The position numbers and the translations under genes are program-made. From a bacterium (lineage in GTDB: Bacteria > UBA10199 > 2-02-FULL-44-16 > JAAZCA01), in NCBI GenBank assembly GCA_963674695.2, contig CAXXGI010000002.1:843406-907405 (forward strand): a stretch of 64,000 nucleotides of DNA. The letters are read 5' to 3'. This document shows positions 18,401 to 30,027 of the stretch, piece by piece. Under the pieces are notes generated by a model that saw nothing but the letters and a program-made list of their open reading frames with translations, had not been told where the DNA came from and did not search any database. Within the stretch, counting starts at the first letter, position 1, and every line of letters begins with the position of its first letter.

Positions 18401-19065
18401 ATCGACGGGCGCCGGATGAAGACAAGGGTGACAACCGAGATGATGGGCGTGGGGGAAAGAGAGAGCATCATTCGAGCTATGTTCCAAACACCGGAAATAG
18501 CGGTGGCGGTGGTGGTGATGGTGCTCCGGGAAGTACGTCGCCGAGCGGTTCCGTTCATCATGACAATAATGGCGATACCGATAAAGATGATGATGCAAAC
18601 GGCGACAATTCGAATGGCAGCTCTGGGGGCGATTCGTTGGATACTGCTTCAGCAACAGTTGAGACCATCTATCCTGATGGAACGACACATATCGATGTTA
18701 TCCCCCCGAGTGATGATGGCGATGACGATGATGATCCGGATGGTTCCGGCCATGGTGTTCCGGGGAGCAATCCGGATCCCTGGGGACCGAACTCCAACAT
18801 GGACAGGGGTGATTTTCTCGGAACCGTCTATGTTCCCACCAACGATGGCGATGGAGATGATGGTGGGGGTTATGATCCGGGGGTATTTATCGAATCTCTG
18901 GGAGGGTATTTTTATCCGGCGGATCCGGATGAGGATTTTGGAGACTTTGGCGGCGGTGTGTTCATTCAGATCGGTCGTGAACTCGTTCCGGCAGACCCCA
19001 CCGACGACGATGGAGGTGGGGTCGATGGCGGCGTGTTTCACGGTTCAGCGCGTACCGCTCAGTAG
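15427..19065 (+). CDS. Large secreted protein: Cys-rich N-terminus, HExxH metallopeptidase-like region, Asp/Gly/Pro-rich tail
   Basis: Signal peptide (AQPAFA), AAHELGH...VKEGLC, acidic low-complexity C-terminus. GAGGAG RBS supports ATG 15427. Confidence 0.8.
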   Translation: MIVRLLKCRYGKLLSIVIITAFVAQPAFAGITTKGTAVKRARSTIIKANSKPSFREPDGIIRSDCDLKGLYLSLLSDLEQKLRQEGADSGYGLPYVTCASELKAVHESVDDDTSAFMADLSNQCTLLDTCTGANSYLLQSEPRVSERRSCMSLYDDYMHNQEMVARLNAFTHDIQVALKEKLSSVSLGYGSCNVVRDSFIAREVTVRSIQQRLQDRQAICTEENLLSREWHYRNSCRYSCDNRIWRDHVDTRVREMCAPERQCRKEWNKIVCTYDWYYIPGEESSNTVVLDNGQAGLIREAEEPASDEKKMEVPPEVRAKQCKELLERAKARLMMQISSEPNPADVIGAWTYSGLTDGTKKVVRGALRALNQAIHVLDEQDPRYDFNLIRESRMYARYRSVLGSDVQLVPADMASAIVRAVVRKSYLNRYAQIPVERSEAKVEQYRAHINDEVFSVIVSDLVLGFIPNDALTLLTGVQDECPRSMVVDGVCSSVSFDGNETTGLKGFVESVRLGRAKEWWKAAYIRWINKKGVSVGRGPFDAGGQLRRKYDLIAERVYRSFHVGAGDGATARGDAQEGFYHVERFSDVIILSPINHMSAEAISYFNDHMEDWKRFPELWEKLRMILCGEVDRQRPTLDSETEFVSDGSHRADSRFRVVASHILDLIIANAYAEESETFLSQQQIDMIKQNAGTAAINLRLLRESGAFGSADAKTFVDSAIGVFEGMADGIYDYDLENTDIKDLDAALGINRSGEITIDPEALNDEDVMTGVAAHELGHSYLDGEDHQFDFNIQAVKEGLCNLLDFIYQLVSTGSMSNRTNADALVSALRNPNSSIYDLLAWSMTDYYRTSAVDFESAREAALQGFPQVKPDTVYDDPATDDQKKYNEQLEHQVEPPDYTDPDDVEPSDGGKKPVKLSDGRVAFADDDATEWTPRCVISFDEQLLEGEIDRDDSQERMDREMNPEEMPEGLDDPHRRPDAGAKDPFGGADPHDRRAPDEDKGDNRDDGRGGKREHHSSYVPNTGNSGGGGGDGAPGSTSPSGSVHHDNNGDTDKDDDANGDNSNGSSGGDSLDTASATVETIYPDGTTHIDVIPPSDDGDDDDDPDGSGHGVPGSNPDPWGPNSNMDRGDFLGTVYVPTNDGDGDDGGGYDPGVFIESLGGYFYPADPDEDFGDFGGGVFIQIGRELVPADPTDDDGGGVDGGVFHGSARTAQ

Positions 19066-19259
19066 GGGGGCAAAGGCGGTTTGGCGTCGAAATTGAGGGA
19101 GATAATCATAATCAAAATGCTTGCCAGGGGAGGGGGGTCCTCACCCCCTGGCCGCAGAGGCCCTGTGATCGCTGAATAAACGGGGTGTCGCTATTCTCTT
19201 CGTGAGGAGCGTTTCAACCCGTTTTTCCGTGTGCTATAATAACGCCATTGGAGGGGGGG

Positions 19260-21881
19260 ATGCGCACACGAAATCTATCCATCATATGTTTCTTCCTTCT
19301 GTTCCTCGCCTCCTGTGGGACCGGGCCGATGGAGCCCTCCGAAGGGGAGACGACGGTCACGATTGGTGCCGGTCAATCGCTCGGCGGTGGAAGCGCTGGG
19401 CTCTCTGCTGAAGTCGATGTCAATTCCAGTTTTACCGCAACGTTCTCTGCGCCGGTCGATATCTCGACGGTTCATGCCGGGACGTTTTTTGTCATGCAGG
19501 CGGCCAGTGCCGGTGCTTCGGTAAAGGCGATGAGCGTATCGTGTGACCCCGCGCTCGCGATTGAAGGGGTGGTCACCTGTGCAGACGATGCGCTTTCCTG
19601 TACGCTCGATCCGAGTGATGCGCTGAGCGCTTCGGCCGATCACCATTGTTGCCTGACCTCCGACATCCGTTTCCAAAACCCTTCGGTCTTCGGATATTTT
19701 GACGGCGTGTCGATGAGCTTTCGAACGGCTGCTGCACAGGAGGAAGAGGAGGACGCGGATGAGACGGCGCCTACGGTCGCAGATGGCAGTGTTGCGGCGA
19801 GCAATCCGAGCACCACGACGATGGATCTGGCCTGGGTTGCCGCGAGCGACGACATAACAGCGTCAGCGGATTTGCTCTACCTCGTGTCGTATTCGGAGAC
19901 CGCTTCGCTCGATACGCTTGCCGATATCGAGGCCAACGGGACGGCGTTCGGAGTGTTCGCAGCGGGGGTGACCTCGACGACCGTCACAGGGCTCATTCAG
20001 AACACGGCCTATACCTTCAACGTCGTCGTCAAAGATGAGGCGGGAAACAAAGCGATCTACACGCCGGCGACCGGAACGACCCAGCGGGATACGACTGGCG
20101 GGCCGAGCATTACGAACGGTACCATCGCTGCTTCGGGTGCGACGATGACGAGCATCGATCTGGCCTGGAGCGCCGCGACGGATGATTTTGATGCGGCCGG
20201 CGATCTGCTCTATCGCGTCTATCATTCGACGAGCAACGATCTCGACTCCGTTGCGAACATCGAGGCTAATGGAACGGCGTTTGGCGCAACGGCTGCGGGG
20301 CTGACCGGAACGACGGTTACGGGGCTCTCCTCCGGCACGACCTATTTCTTCAATGTGATCGTCGAGGACTCCGACGGCAACAAGGCCAGCTACACGACGG
20401 TTTCCGAAGAGACGTTGGGTGATACAACGGCCCCGACGCTCGGATCCGGGATCTCCTTTTCGCTCGCGTCGCCGGTCGGCACGCAGGTGAGCTGGGGTGC
20501 AGCGACCGACGGCGTGTCGGATGCATCCGCCCTCCAGTATAAAGTGGTTCGCGCTGCGACCAGTGCCGAGATCGATTCGGTGGCTGAGGCCGATGCCATT
20601 ACGGGCGAAGACCTCATTATGAATTGGGCGGCGAATGTGACCGGCGATTATGCCCTCGCGGAGCAGGGATCGCAGGAGTTCTTTGCGGTGCTGGTCAAAG
20701 ATGAAGCGGACAATAAGGCGCTCTACGAACCCGAGCAGCCCTCCGCCCTCCCGACGAGCAAAAAGAAAGGGCTCATTCCGCTCTCCGACGGGAGCATCAT
20801 CGTCCTGTATCTGGACAACGACGACAATCGCTATCTCAAATCGATCGTCTTCGATTCACACGGCGATTATGTAAATGGTCCCACGGTTGTCGATAGCGAT
20901 GGCGTCGGCGAGGGACAGTGGGGGACCGGTGGTAAGATATCGGGTCTTGAGCTCAGCAATGGCAATATTGTGGTCGCCTACAGCGACGACCACAAGACGT
21001 GGTGGGGCGGTTTTATCGGTGTTGGATACTACATCCATCTCAACGACGATGGAGAAGCGACAACGGCGCATCACCAGTATGAGTCCTATGATCCCGACGG
21101 GGCGTCGGAATTCATATCGATCGCCGAAATCGGCTCCGGCGATATCCTCATCGTCAATTCCGTCGTGGTCGATGGTGGTAACAACCAGACTGGCTGGACC
21201 TCCCAGGCGCCTCGTGCCTATGCCTATAATCCCGTCACCAATGCCGTTCTGTATGATGGGGATACGGAAGCGGTGCTTGATGCGAGTGTGACCCATGGCA
21301 CCGCGGTCTGTCCGGTGGGTAACGACGGGGATGCTCTTGTGCTCTACGCGACGAATGCCAACCGGGGATACTATCGCATCTATGACGAGTCCACGGCTTC
21401 CATGGGTGGGGCGACGACCTACACCACGGGCGGTGTGTCGATGGCGGCCAAGTGCCTGACGCTGAACAACGCGAACAGCGATGCCCTGGTGCTCTTTTCC
21501 GACTCGGATGACAGCAAGAAGGGAAAACTCTTTACGGTCGACAGCAGCGGCAACAAGTCGGCGAATACCACGTTTCAGGACACCTATCCGATACAGATCA
21601 TCTGGTCGGATTCGATCTCCGCGTTCATCCTGCAGGAAGGGCCGCTTGCCGGAAATATCTTTGTCGCATTCTCGGCGTCCGCCGATGGAGAGGTGACCTG
21701 GAACGGCTACTACATGGTGATCGATACCGATGGCACCACCGTGACTGCCCCGACGCTTTTCAAGACCGGCGTCGTCGATGGATGCGGTGCTGCAGATATC
21801 GTTGCCGGAGAGATGTCGGAGGGGCGCGTCGCTATCATTCATAAGGTGGGTCTTGCCGTTGTCACACCCGTTGCGGATTGA
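19260..21881 (+). CDS. Surface lipoprotein with an Ig-like (Big_5-like) domain, three fibronectin type III-like repeats and a beta-rich C-terminus
   Basis: Lipobox LASC. Repeats L.W.AA.DD...L.Y.V...V.GL...T.Y.FNV.V.D..GNKA.Y. Confidence 0.85.
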   Translation: MRTRNLSIICFFLLFLASCGTGPMEPSEGETTVTIGAGQSLGGGSAGLSAEVDVNSSFTATFSAPVDISTVHAGTFFVMQAASAGASVKAMSVSCDPALAIEGVVTCADDALSCTLDPSDALSASADHHCCLTSDIRFQNPSVFGYFDGVSMSFRTAAAQEEEEDADETAPTVADGSVAASNPSTTTMDLAWVAASDDITASADLLYLVSYSETASLDTLADIEANGTAFGVFAAGVTSTTVTGLIQNTAYTFNVVVKDEAGNKAIYTPATGTTQRDTTGGPSITNGTIAASGATMTSIDLAWSAATDDFDAAGDLLYRVYHSTSNDLDSVANIEANGTAFGATAAGLTGTTVTGLSSGTTYFFNVIVEDSDGNKASYTTVSEETLGDTTAPTLGSGISFSLASPVGTQVSWGAATDGVSDASALQYKVVRAATSAEIDSVAEADAITGEDLIMNWAANVTGDYALAEQGSQEFFAVLVKDEADNKALYEPEQPSALPTSKKKGLIPLSDGSIIVLYLDNDDNRYLKSIVFDSHGDYVNGPTVVDSDGVGEGQWGTGGKISGLELSNGNIVVAYSDDHKTWWGGFIGVGYYIHLNDDGEATTAHHQYESYDPDGASEFISIAEIGSGDILIVNSVVVDGGNNQTGWTSQAPRAYAYNPVTNAVLYDGDTEAVLDASVTHGTAVCPVGNDGDALVLYATNANRGYYRIYDESTASMGGATTYTTGGVSMAAKCLTLNNANSDALVLFSDSDDSKKGKLFTVDSSGNKSANTTFQDTYPIQIIWSDSISAFILQEGPLAGNIFVAFSASADGEVTWNGYYMVIDTDGTTVTAPTLFKTGVVDGCGAADIVAGEMSEGRVAIIHKVGLAVVTPVAD

Positions 21882-21919
21882 ACACCGTACAGGATGATCT
21901 GACGGGAAAGGGAGGCCAG

Positions 21920-23059
21920 ATGAAATGTTCTATTGTGAAGCGGAAATGGATGGTGGTCACGCTGTGTATTCTCTTCTGCGGTGTTGGGTGCGGTTCTCCC
22001 GGCAGTACGGCCCCCGCAGCATCCGAGGACGACTTTGATGTCGCAACCGCCGCCGAGCAGCAGACACGGGACGCAGCGCTGAGACTGCTCTTTACCGAGG
22101 ACATGTACAACACGATCACTGCAGAATCCCGCGACAATCCGAACTGCAAGGAAGCCAATCGGGTCGCATTGGGGCTTTCCGAACTTCCGAACGGTCAGTG
22201 GTACTATACCTACGACAATCTGATCGCGGGGATGGCGGAGATGGAGGAATTTGCCAGCGAAGGGGCGGATGAAAACACCAACAAACTTGAGATCGCGGCA
22301 TTTCTGGCCAATATTGCGCAGGAGACCGGGGGAAAGATGCCCGACGATCCGTATGGAAGCCCCGGCTGTTTTATCCAGGAACGCGATGCATACGGGAGTA
22401 CAGGCTACAACAGTGCAGCGTGTGGTGTTTCGTATACCTGTTCGGCGGCTGGATACGGGGGTCGCGGGCCGCATCAGCTCTCCTGGGATAGTAATTATCT
22501 GCACTTCGGTGAAGCGATGGGGGTCGGGCTCCAGTATGTGACCGATCCCGATATTCTTACAAAAGATCCTGAGATCGGCATCGCCGGATCGATATGGTTC
22601 TGGGGACATGCAGAGCTCAACGACGATTGGCCTGCTGGTATTCCGTACAAGCCGTCGGCGCACAACGTGATCATCGGGCAGTGGACGCCGACGGATGATG
22701 ATGAATCCTGCGGGAGGACAACGGCCAACCTCGGCGTCATCACGAATATCATCAACGGCGGTCTCGAGTGTGGCACGCGGGCGACGGCCGAAGGGCGAAC
22801 GAACGCCGCAAACCGCGTGCGCTTTTTCGAAGCGATCACCGCCGTGATGGGGGTGACGATTCCGGAGAGCTGGGCCGACGATTGCGAGGGGCAGCAGGAT
22901 TTTGAGGAATGCCCATCGTACAGGAGCCCCACCTCGCGCTGTGGCGCCGGTTGGAAGGACGCGCAGTCAAAGTGCGGAACCTACTGCATCGGCGATTCCC
23001 ATTGTCCCACCGGCGAGACCTGTTTCGGGAGCCTCGAGATCAGCCCCTGCCCGGAGTGA
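21920..23059 (+). CDS. Glycoside hydrolase family 19 chitinase with a C-terminal Cys-rich module
   Basis: [49 protein letters not shown]. Lipoprotein-like N-terminus. Confidence 0.92.
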   Translation: MKCSIVKRKWMVVTLCILFCGVGCGSPGSTAPAASEDDFDVATAAEQQTRDAALRLLFTEDMYNTITAESRDNPNCKEANRVALGLSELPNGQWYYTYDNLIAGMAEMEEFASEGADENTNKLEIAAFLANIAQETGGKMPDDPYGSPGCFIQERDAYGSTGYNSAACGVSYTCSAAGYGGRGPHQLSWDSNYLHFGEAMGVGLQYVTDPDILTKDPEIGIAGSIWFWGHAELNDDWPAGIPYKPSAHNVIIGQWTPTDDDESCGRTTANLGVITNIINGGLECGTRATAEGRTNAANRVRFFEAITAVMGVTIPESWADDCEGQQDFEECPSYRSPTSRCGAGWKDAQSKCGTYCIGDSHCPTGETCFGSLEISPCPE

Positions 23060-23077
23060 AGAGACACTCTCTCTGCG

Positions 23078-25798
23078 TTATGACCACCTCTGATGGCGGC
23101 GTCTGTACACGCCGATCCCGCCGCATACGACGACGAGCATCAATAGCATAAGAAGAGCCGTTTCCGATGACGCATGCGCCTGCAGCGAGCAGCCGGAGGG
23201 GTTCGCGCCGGTGCCTTTGAGCGAGATCGCCTGCGGGCTGTCGTGGGCATCATTGTAGACCATGATGTTCGCCAGTTTTTGGCCGGACGATACGGGTTTG
23301 AAGACCGCATTGATGAGGCAGGAGGCGCCGACGTCGAGCGAGCGGCTGTTGCAATTCGTGTCGATGCTGAAACTGCTCGCTTCGCTGCCGGCGAGCGAGA
23401 CCGCCCCGATGGTGGCGGCGTCGCTTCCGGCGTTGGTCAGGATGATGCTCTGCACATCGCTCTCCGCTTCCGTCGATATCGTTCCGAAATCGATGAGCGA
23501 TGCGGAAAAGCTGATATCGATGTCGCCCGCATGCGATGCGGTGCCGCTGAGATACGCCTTCTGATAGCGGCTGGGGGTGTTGTCGATGACGGTGATATAC
23601 CCCGAGAATGCGCCCGACGCCTGTGGGCTGAACGTTCCGTTGATCGTGCAGGTCTCACCCGACGAGAGGGTTCCGGGGCAATCGTTGGTCTGAGCGAATT
23701 CGCTGTTGGCGTCGATCCCGGTTATCGTCACGTCGACCACGCCGGTGTTCTTGAGCGTGAATGCCTTTGCGTCGCTCGTGTCGCCTACGAGGATCTGGCC
23801 AAAGTCCCAGGTCTTCGGCGCGAGGTCCAGGTCGGGATATTGGGGATCGAGACCGCTGCCGCTCAGGTCGATGTTGTGCGGGCTTCCCGCCACGCTGTCG
23901 CTGATCGTGATCTGCGCGGTGACCACATCCGCTGCCGTGGGCGTGAAGGTGATATTGATGGTGCAGAAGTCTGCGGGCGCAAGCGTCGCGGGGCAGTCGT
24001 TGGTCTGCGCGAAGACCGCATTCGATGATGCAATGCTCTCGATCGTGATCGCGTCGTTTCCAGAGTTGAGCAGGCGCACATCGTGCACCAACGATGAATG
24101 ACCGATCGTCTGCGGGCCAAAGTCGATCGATGCGGGCACGATGGTGATAACGGAGGAGGTTCCAAAGCCGATCAGGTGTGCCGTGTGCGGGCTGCCCTCC
24201 GCATTATCCACGACCGAAAGCGTGCCGAAGAAATTGCCGGCCGTCATGGGGACGAATGCCGTCTCCACATCGCAGGTCTGTTCTTCAATCAACGTATCGG
24301 GACATTCGTTCGTCTGCTCGAAGTCGCTGTTGACGGTGATCGCGCTGAGCGTCAAATTGCCCTCGCCGGTGTTCTTGATCGTGAAAGTCTGCGTCTCGCT
24401 CACCTGTCCCGCCGGTGTCTTGCCGAAGTCGTAGAGCGGCGGCGAGATGTCGACGTCGGGACCCGTGATGCCGTTGCCGAAGAGAAAGACCCTGGCCGGG
24501 CTGCTCGGGTCATCGGTGGTCACGCTGATCGTGGCGGATGACGCGCCCGTCGCCGTTGGGGTGAAGATGACCTGGATGATGCATTCCTCTTTGGGGTCGA
24601 GGGTCGTGCCGCACGTGTTGCTCTGGGCATAGAGCGTTGAAGACGAGCTGATGTCGGTGATCGTCAGCACCGAGGTCCCGCTGTTGAGGAGGACGATCTC
24701 CTGCGCGAGGCTCGATCGATCGATGGTCTGATTGCCGAAGTCGATCAAACTCGGGATAACGCTGGCGTTGGGGGAGACCCCTTTGCCCTTGAGGGTGATC
24801 GTCTGCGGACTGTCGGTGGCGGTGTCGACCAGGGTGATCGTTCCCTCGAAGGAACTGGCGGTCGTCGGTTCAAAGGTTGCGGAGATCGTGCAGGTCTCCT
24901 CCGGCGCGAGGGTGGCGGGGCAATCGTTGGTCTGCGTAAACGGGGCGCCGCTGGCGGTGATCGAGGTGATTGCCAAGTTGACCGTTCCGGTGCTCGTGAT
25001 CGTGATCGTTTCGGTGGTCTGGCTGTCGAGCGTCTGCTCGCCGTAATTGATCACCGTCTTCTCGATATTGATATCGGCGCTGCCGGCAGCGATGCCGGTT
25101 CCGGAGAGGCTGATCTGCTGCGGGCTGGTCGAGGCGTCGTCGACGATCTCCAGCGTGGAGATATAGTCTTCTGCCTCGGTCGGTTCGAAGTAGACCAGAA
25201 TGCCGCAATAATTTCCCGCCGCAAGCGAGGTGCCGCAGTCGTTTTCCGTGCTGAAACCGCTACCGAGCGGGACGCTCATGCTGGAGATGGTGAGCGCATC
25301 CGTTCCGATGTTCTCCATCTTCACGTACTGGCGGTGGCTGGTATCGACGGTCTGATCGCCGAAGGCGATGTCATCCGTGGAGAGCCGAACGATCGGAAAG
25401 ATGGACAGGCCATAGACGCGTGCCGTTCGTTTGTGTTCCTTCGAAAATCCCCAATAGGTATAGACGGCGTTGGCAACGGTGGAATAGCCCCCGCCGTCCT
25501 GGGGATGGAAGGTGACGGGCATGTCGCACGATTGTCCCGCACTGAGCGTTTTTCCGAGACAGGCGCTGGTGTCGAGCGTGAAGTTGTCGGTGCTTCCGAT
25601 GCTGACGTTCTTGACCTTGATGGCCAGCAGCAGGTTGGTGTTCTGCAGCGAGAGTGTTCCGCAGTCGCTCTCCTGTCCTTGCCGCGTCTCCGGGCAGATG
25701 AGGAGTGACGGAGAGAGCCGGATGCCCGCATGGGCGGTCAGGCTCAGGCCCAAGGAAGTGATGATAAGGATAACACTTATCGCGAGACGATTGATCAT
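23078..25798 (-). CDS. Surface protein with about eight ASH / choice-of-anchor D Ig-like repeats and a GC-motif (MYXO-CTERM-like) sorting signal
   Basis: Repeats DFG.Q...+.L.N.G...L.I.....F.QTN.C...L.....C.I.V.F.P. C-terminal SGCSL + TM + RRR. Confidence 0.9.
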   Translation of the reverse strand: MINRLAISVILIITSLGLSLTAHAGIRLSPSLLICPETRQGQESDCGTLSLQNTNLLLAIKVKNVSIGSTDNFTLDTSACLGKTLSAGQSCDMPVTFHPQDGGGYSTVANAVYTYWGFSKEHKRTARVYGLSIFPIVRLSTDDIAFGDQTVDTSHRQYVKMENIGTDALTISSMSVPLGSGFSTENDCGTSLAAGNYCGILVYFEPTEAEDYISTLEIVDDASTSPQQISLSGTGIAAGSADINIEKTVINYGEQTLDSQTTETITITSTGTVNLAITSITASGAPFTQTNDCPATLAPEETCTISATFEPTTASSFEGTITLVDTATDSPQTITLKGKGVSPNASVIPSLIDFGNQTIDRSSLAQEIVLLNSGTSVLTITDISSSSTLYAQSNTCGTTLDPKEECIIQVIFTPTATGASSATISVTTDDPSSPARVFLFGNGITGPDVDISPPLYDFGKTPAGQVSETQTFTIKNTGEGNLTLSAITVNSDFEQTNECPDTLIEEQTCDVETAFVPMTAGNFFGTLSVVDNAEGSPHTAHLIGFGTSSVITIVPASIDFGPQTIGHSSLVHDVRLLNSGNDAITIESIASSNAVFAQTNDCPATLAPADFCTINITFTPTAADVVTAQITISDSVAGSPHNIDLSGSGLDPQYPDLDLAPKTWDFGQILVGDTSDAKAFTLKNTGVVDVTITGIDANSEFAQTNDCPGTLSSGETCTINGTFSPQASGAFSGYITVIDNTPSRYQKAYLSGTASHAGDIDISFSASLIDFGTISTEAESDVQSIILTNAGSDAATIGAVSLAGSEASSFSIDTNCNSRSLDVGASCLINAVFKPVSSGQKLANIMVYNDAHDSPQAISLKGTGANPSGCSLQAHASSETALLMLLMLVVVCGGIGVYRRRHQRWS

Positions 25799-25885
25799 GA
25801 ATTCCCCCCGTGAAATGAATGCCAGACCATCATGTGTATAGGAAGTTTCAGGTGGAAAATCAAACGCAATACTGCTTCCGCGGTC

Positions 25886-27277
25886 TCACTGACCGTTCAC
25901 GCATGCCATGAATTCCACTTTCGTCATCTCAGAGATGCCGCATCGGTAGGCGGGCCAGTTGGTGTCGTCGATCGGGTTGGAAGCGTCATGCCCGGAATAG
26001 TAGTGTTCGATATACGTCGCGCGTTGGGCGCTGTCGGTTGCCAGTTCATCGGCGAGTTCGGCGAGGGCATCGTCGAGCAGCCACGTGATGCCATAGGCGT
26101 TCGAGAAGGTGTAGGAGGCGGAAAAGGTGCTGTCTCCCTCGAGCGGATTCATCCAGCTCGTAGAATCGGAGAGCTGCCAGTCGTCGGTGCGCGCGGTCAC
26201 CACCTTGAACGCTGGGTTGTTGCCGAAGAGCGGACTGATCGAGGGGGTCCCCACGACCGAGCCATGCGGCGCGGTGTCGCTGGAGATCGCCAGCCGAAAT
26301 TCATCCATGTGCGTGTGCGCCCCGAAGATTGCACCGATGACATCGCGATAGTCCGTGAGTGTCTCGGTCATCTGTGTCTGCAGTTCCTCCGTCCACATCG
26401 TCGTTGCATCCGTGACCTGCCCGTTCTCATCCATGAAGGTATGCACGGTTGAATAGATGTCGATCCCGGGCGGGATGTGCAGCAGCAGCCAGACGCGCCA
26501 CCCGTTCGCGCGCGCCTGCGCGAGCTTCGTTCCCAGCCACGCCACCTGCGCGGATGCCGCCGCACGGCTCTCCTCCGGCGCTCGCGCTGCGAAGAAGACC
26601 GTGTTCATGCCGATGAGCATGAGGTTCGCCTGCAGCGATGTGGTCGCATAGTAGCCGCCGGCGGTATAGGTCTCGGCAAACTCCGCGGCGTCGACCTTAT
26701 TCAGGAGCAGCGTCGAGGAAAAGAGGTTGGCGGTGTCGGCGAGAAAGGCGCTGTTGGGCAGCAGTGCATAGTCGCCCTCATAGGCATCGTTGTTGCCCAG
26801 GATGAATGCGATGGGACGCTCACCGCAGGCGGAACGCACGCTTTGTGAGAAGAAGGTAACGGTCTTTAAGATGAAGGCGCGAAGCGCGCTTTCGTCCTCA
26901 GAGCCATAGAGCGCATAGAAAGCGTTGTTGAAGCCGTGCCCCAGGATGTCGCCGGTGAAGAGGAGGAAGGGGGTCCCATCGGCTTGGGTGCAGGCCGCCG
27001 TGATCGCCTGTTTGAGAAGCGGGTAGTTGGCTTCCTGTCCCCATGTGGAGAGGGTCGTGGTGCTCGAACCTTCGAAGATGGCCTCCCACGCGTCGGCCGG
27101 TGCGGCGACGAGCGCATCGAAGAGCGTGGTATCGTAAAAGGGGTTGAAGTGGACGTCGGAGAAGACCACGATCTGGTTTGTCCGCGAACTTCCCCCGCAG
27201 GCGGAAATGAGCAGGACGATCGTCGCCAGCGCGGTCAGTACTTTTCGTCGTTGGACTCGAAGCATAGATGGCCTCAT
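25886..27277 (-). CDS. Calcineurin-like metallophosphoesterase, acid sphingomyelinase-like lipoprotein
   Basis: SDVHFNP, TGDILGH, GNND, HIPPG, GAHTHMDEFR, PSISP...NNPAF. Lipobox ISAC. The longer ORF start runs through a REP element. Confidence 0.9.
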   Translation of the reverse strand: MRPSMLRVQRRKVLTALATIVLLISACGGSSRTNQIVVFSDVHFNPFYDTTLFDALVAAPADAWEAIFEGSSTTTLSTWGQEANYPLLKQAITAACTQADGTPFLLFTGDILGHGFNNAFYALYGSEDESALRAFILKTVTFFSQSVRSACGERPIAFILGNNDAYEGDYALLPNSAFLADTANLFSSTLLLNKVDAAEFAETYTAGGYYATTSLQANLMLIGMNTVFFAARAPEESRAAASAQVAWLGTKLAQARANGWRVWLLLHIPPGIDIYSTVHTFMDENGQVTDATTMWTEELQTQMTETLTDYRDVIGAIFGAHTHMDEFRLAISSDTAPHGSVVGTPSISPLFGNNPAFKVVTARTDDWQLSDSTSWMNPLEGDSTFSASYTFSNAYGITWLLDDALAELADELATDSAQRATYIEHYYSGHDASNPIDDTNWPAYRCGISEMTKVEFMACVNGQ

Positions 27278-27310
27278 AGGGGTCAGACTGCTGACAAAGT
27301 CATCATGCGC

Positions 27311-27385
27311 TGTCATTCCCGCAGGGGTAAGCGGGAATCTCGATTGTCGCAGCACATCGAGATCCCCGCGTTCGCGGGGATGACA
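27311..27385. repeat. REP-like nested palindrome (TGTCATTCCCGC...GCGGGGATGACA)
   Basis: Two small hairpins arranged as an inverted pair. Same family as 38903-38973. Confidence 0.85.
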
Positions 27386-27530
27386 AAAACACAGGTTTGT
27401 CATCAACCTCGGATGATGGAGTTTCTTTCTACCCCGGGTCTTCGCATTTGTCGAGGGGGGCGCTGGCATCTCCATGCCCCGGAAGACATTCCCCCTTGCC
27501 GGAAACTCATTTTTCTTTTACAGAGCCACG

Positions 27531-27896
27531 ATGCAGTACGAACTGGCATATGACCTCCAGGATCGGACCTACGCGATCATCGACACGCTGGGGTTCGAAC
27601 ACGTCGATAAGGACCGGGTCTCCTGCATCCGGAGCCGGGGGAGCCGATCGCGGCGCACCATCGCCCGGATCCATACGTTATCCAAGGCGATGCAGCTCGG
27701 CATGAACTGCCATGCCCACTATGTGATCGAGTTCCTGGAGCGGTTCGAAAAATTGTCGGAGGATGAGCAGACGCAGGTGATCATCCACGAACTCCTCCAT
27801 ATTCCCAAGACATTCGGCGGCGGTTTTCGGCATCACGATTATGTGGCGAAAAAACGCGTCGACGAACTCTTCAAACGATATCAGCGTGCGGTCTAA
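27531..27896 (+). CDS. Putative small metallopeptidase (phage-metallopeptidase-like / COG4900-like)
   Basis: RSRGS..R.IARI, YVIEF...F.KLS.DEQ..VIIHELLHIPKTFGGGFRHH. Confidence 0.8.
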   Translation: MQYELAYDLQDRTYAIIDTLGFEHVDKDRVSCIRSRGSRSRRTIARIHTLSKAMQLGMNCHAHYVIEFLERFEKLSEDEQTQVIIHELLHIPKTFGGGFRHHDYVAKKRVDELFKRYQRAV

Positions 27897-27923
27897 TATT
27901 CCGGACAGAGAGATGTGATCCCT

Positions 27924-29621
<1,698 letters not shown>

Positions 29622-30027
29622 TACGATCGTCTGGGCGAGGCTCTCCAAAGGGCTCCTCGGGCCGATTCTGAGAAATCGCGCAACTTATCCGCGAAGGGGT
29701 CGATACAGGGATATCGGGCGGCATGAGGCGCTGCCTGGTGGGTGCTCTGAGGAAATAGCTGGAAATGCTTGCTTTCCGGGCCGATCTCGCCTAGAAGCGC
29801 CCGCAAGCACGGTGGTTTGGAATGGTTAGCTGAGAATGCCTTCTGTTGTTTCTCTTCTCCTGTTACGAATCACGCCAAAAAACCAGTCTGTTCAAGAGAC
29901 AGCGCAAAAGCTGTCCCCGCAGGCTTCTTGTAGCCCGAGTGCGTCCACGAGTGTTTCGTCTGTGACGTGCGGGCCGCAGCACCATGAGCCCCTGGATGAA
30001 ACCGGGGCTCGAAGAAAAGGATGTTTT

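Noticed and set aside
19071-19106. Weak similarity to 14663-14698, a possible further repeat-arm fragment
   Set aside because: The alignment is short, G-rich and needs gaps.
27278-27475. N-terminal extension of the metallophosphoesterase ORF
   Set aside because: It is read-through of a REP palindrome. The lipoprotein signal begins after 27277.
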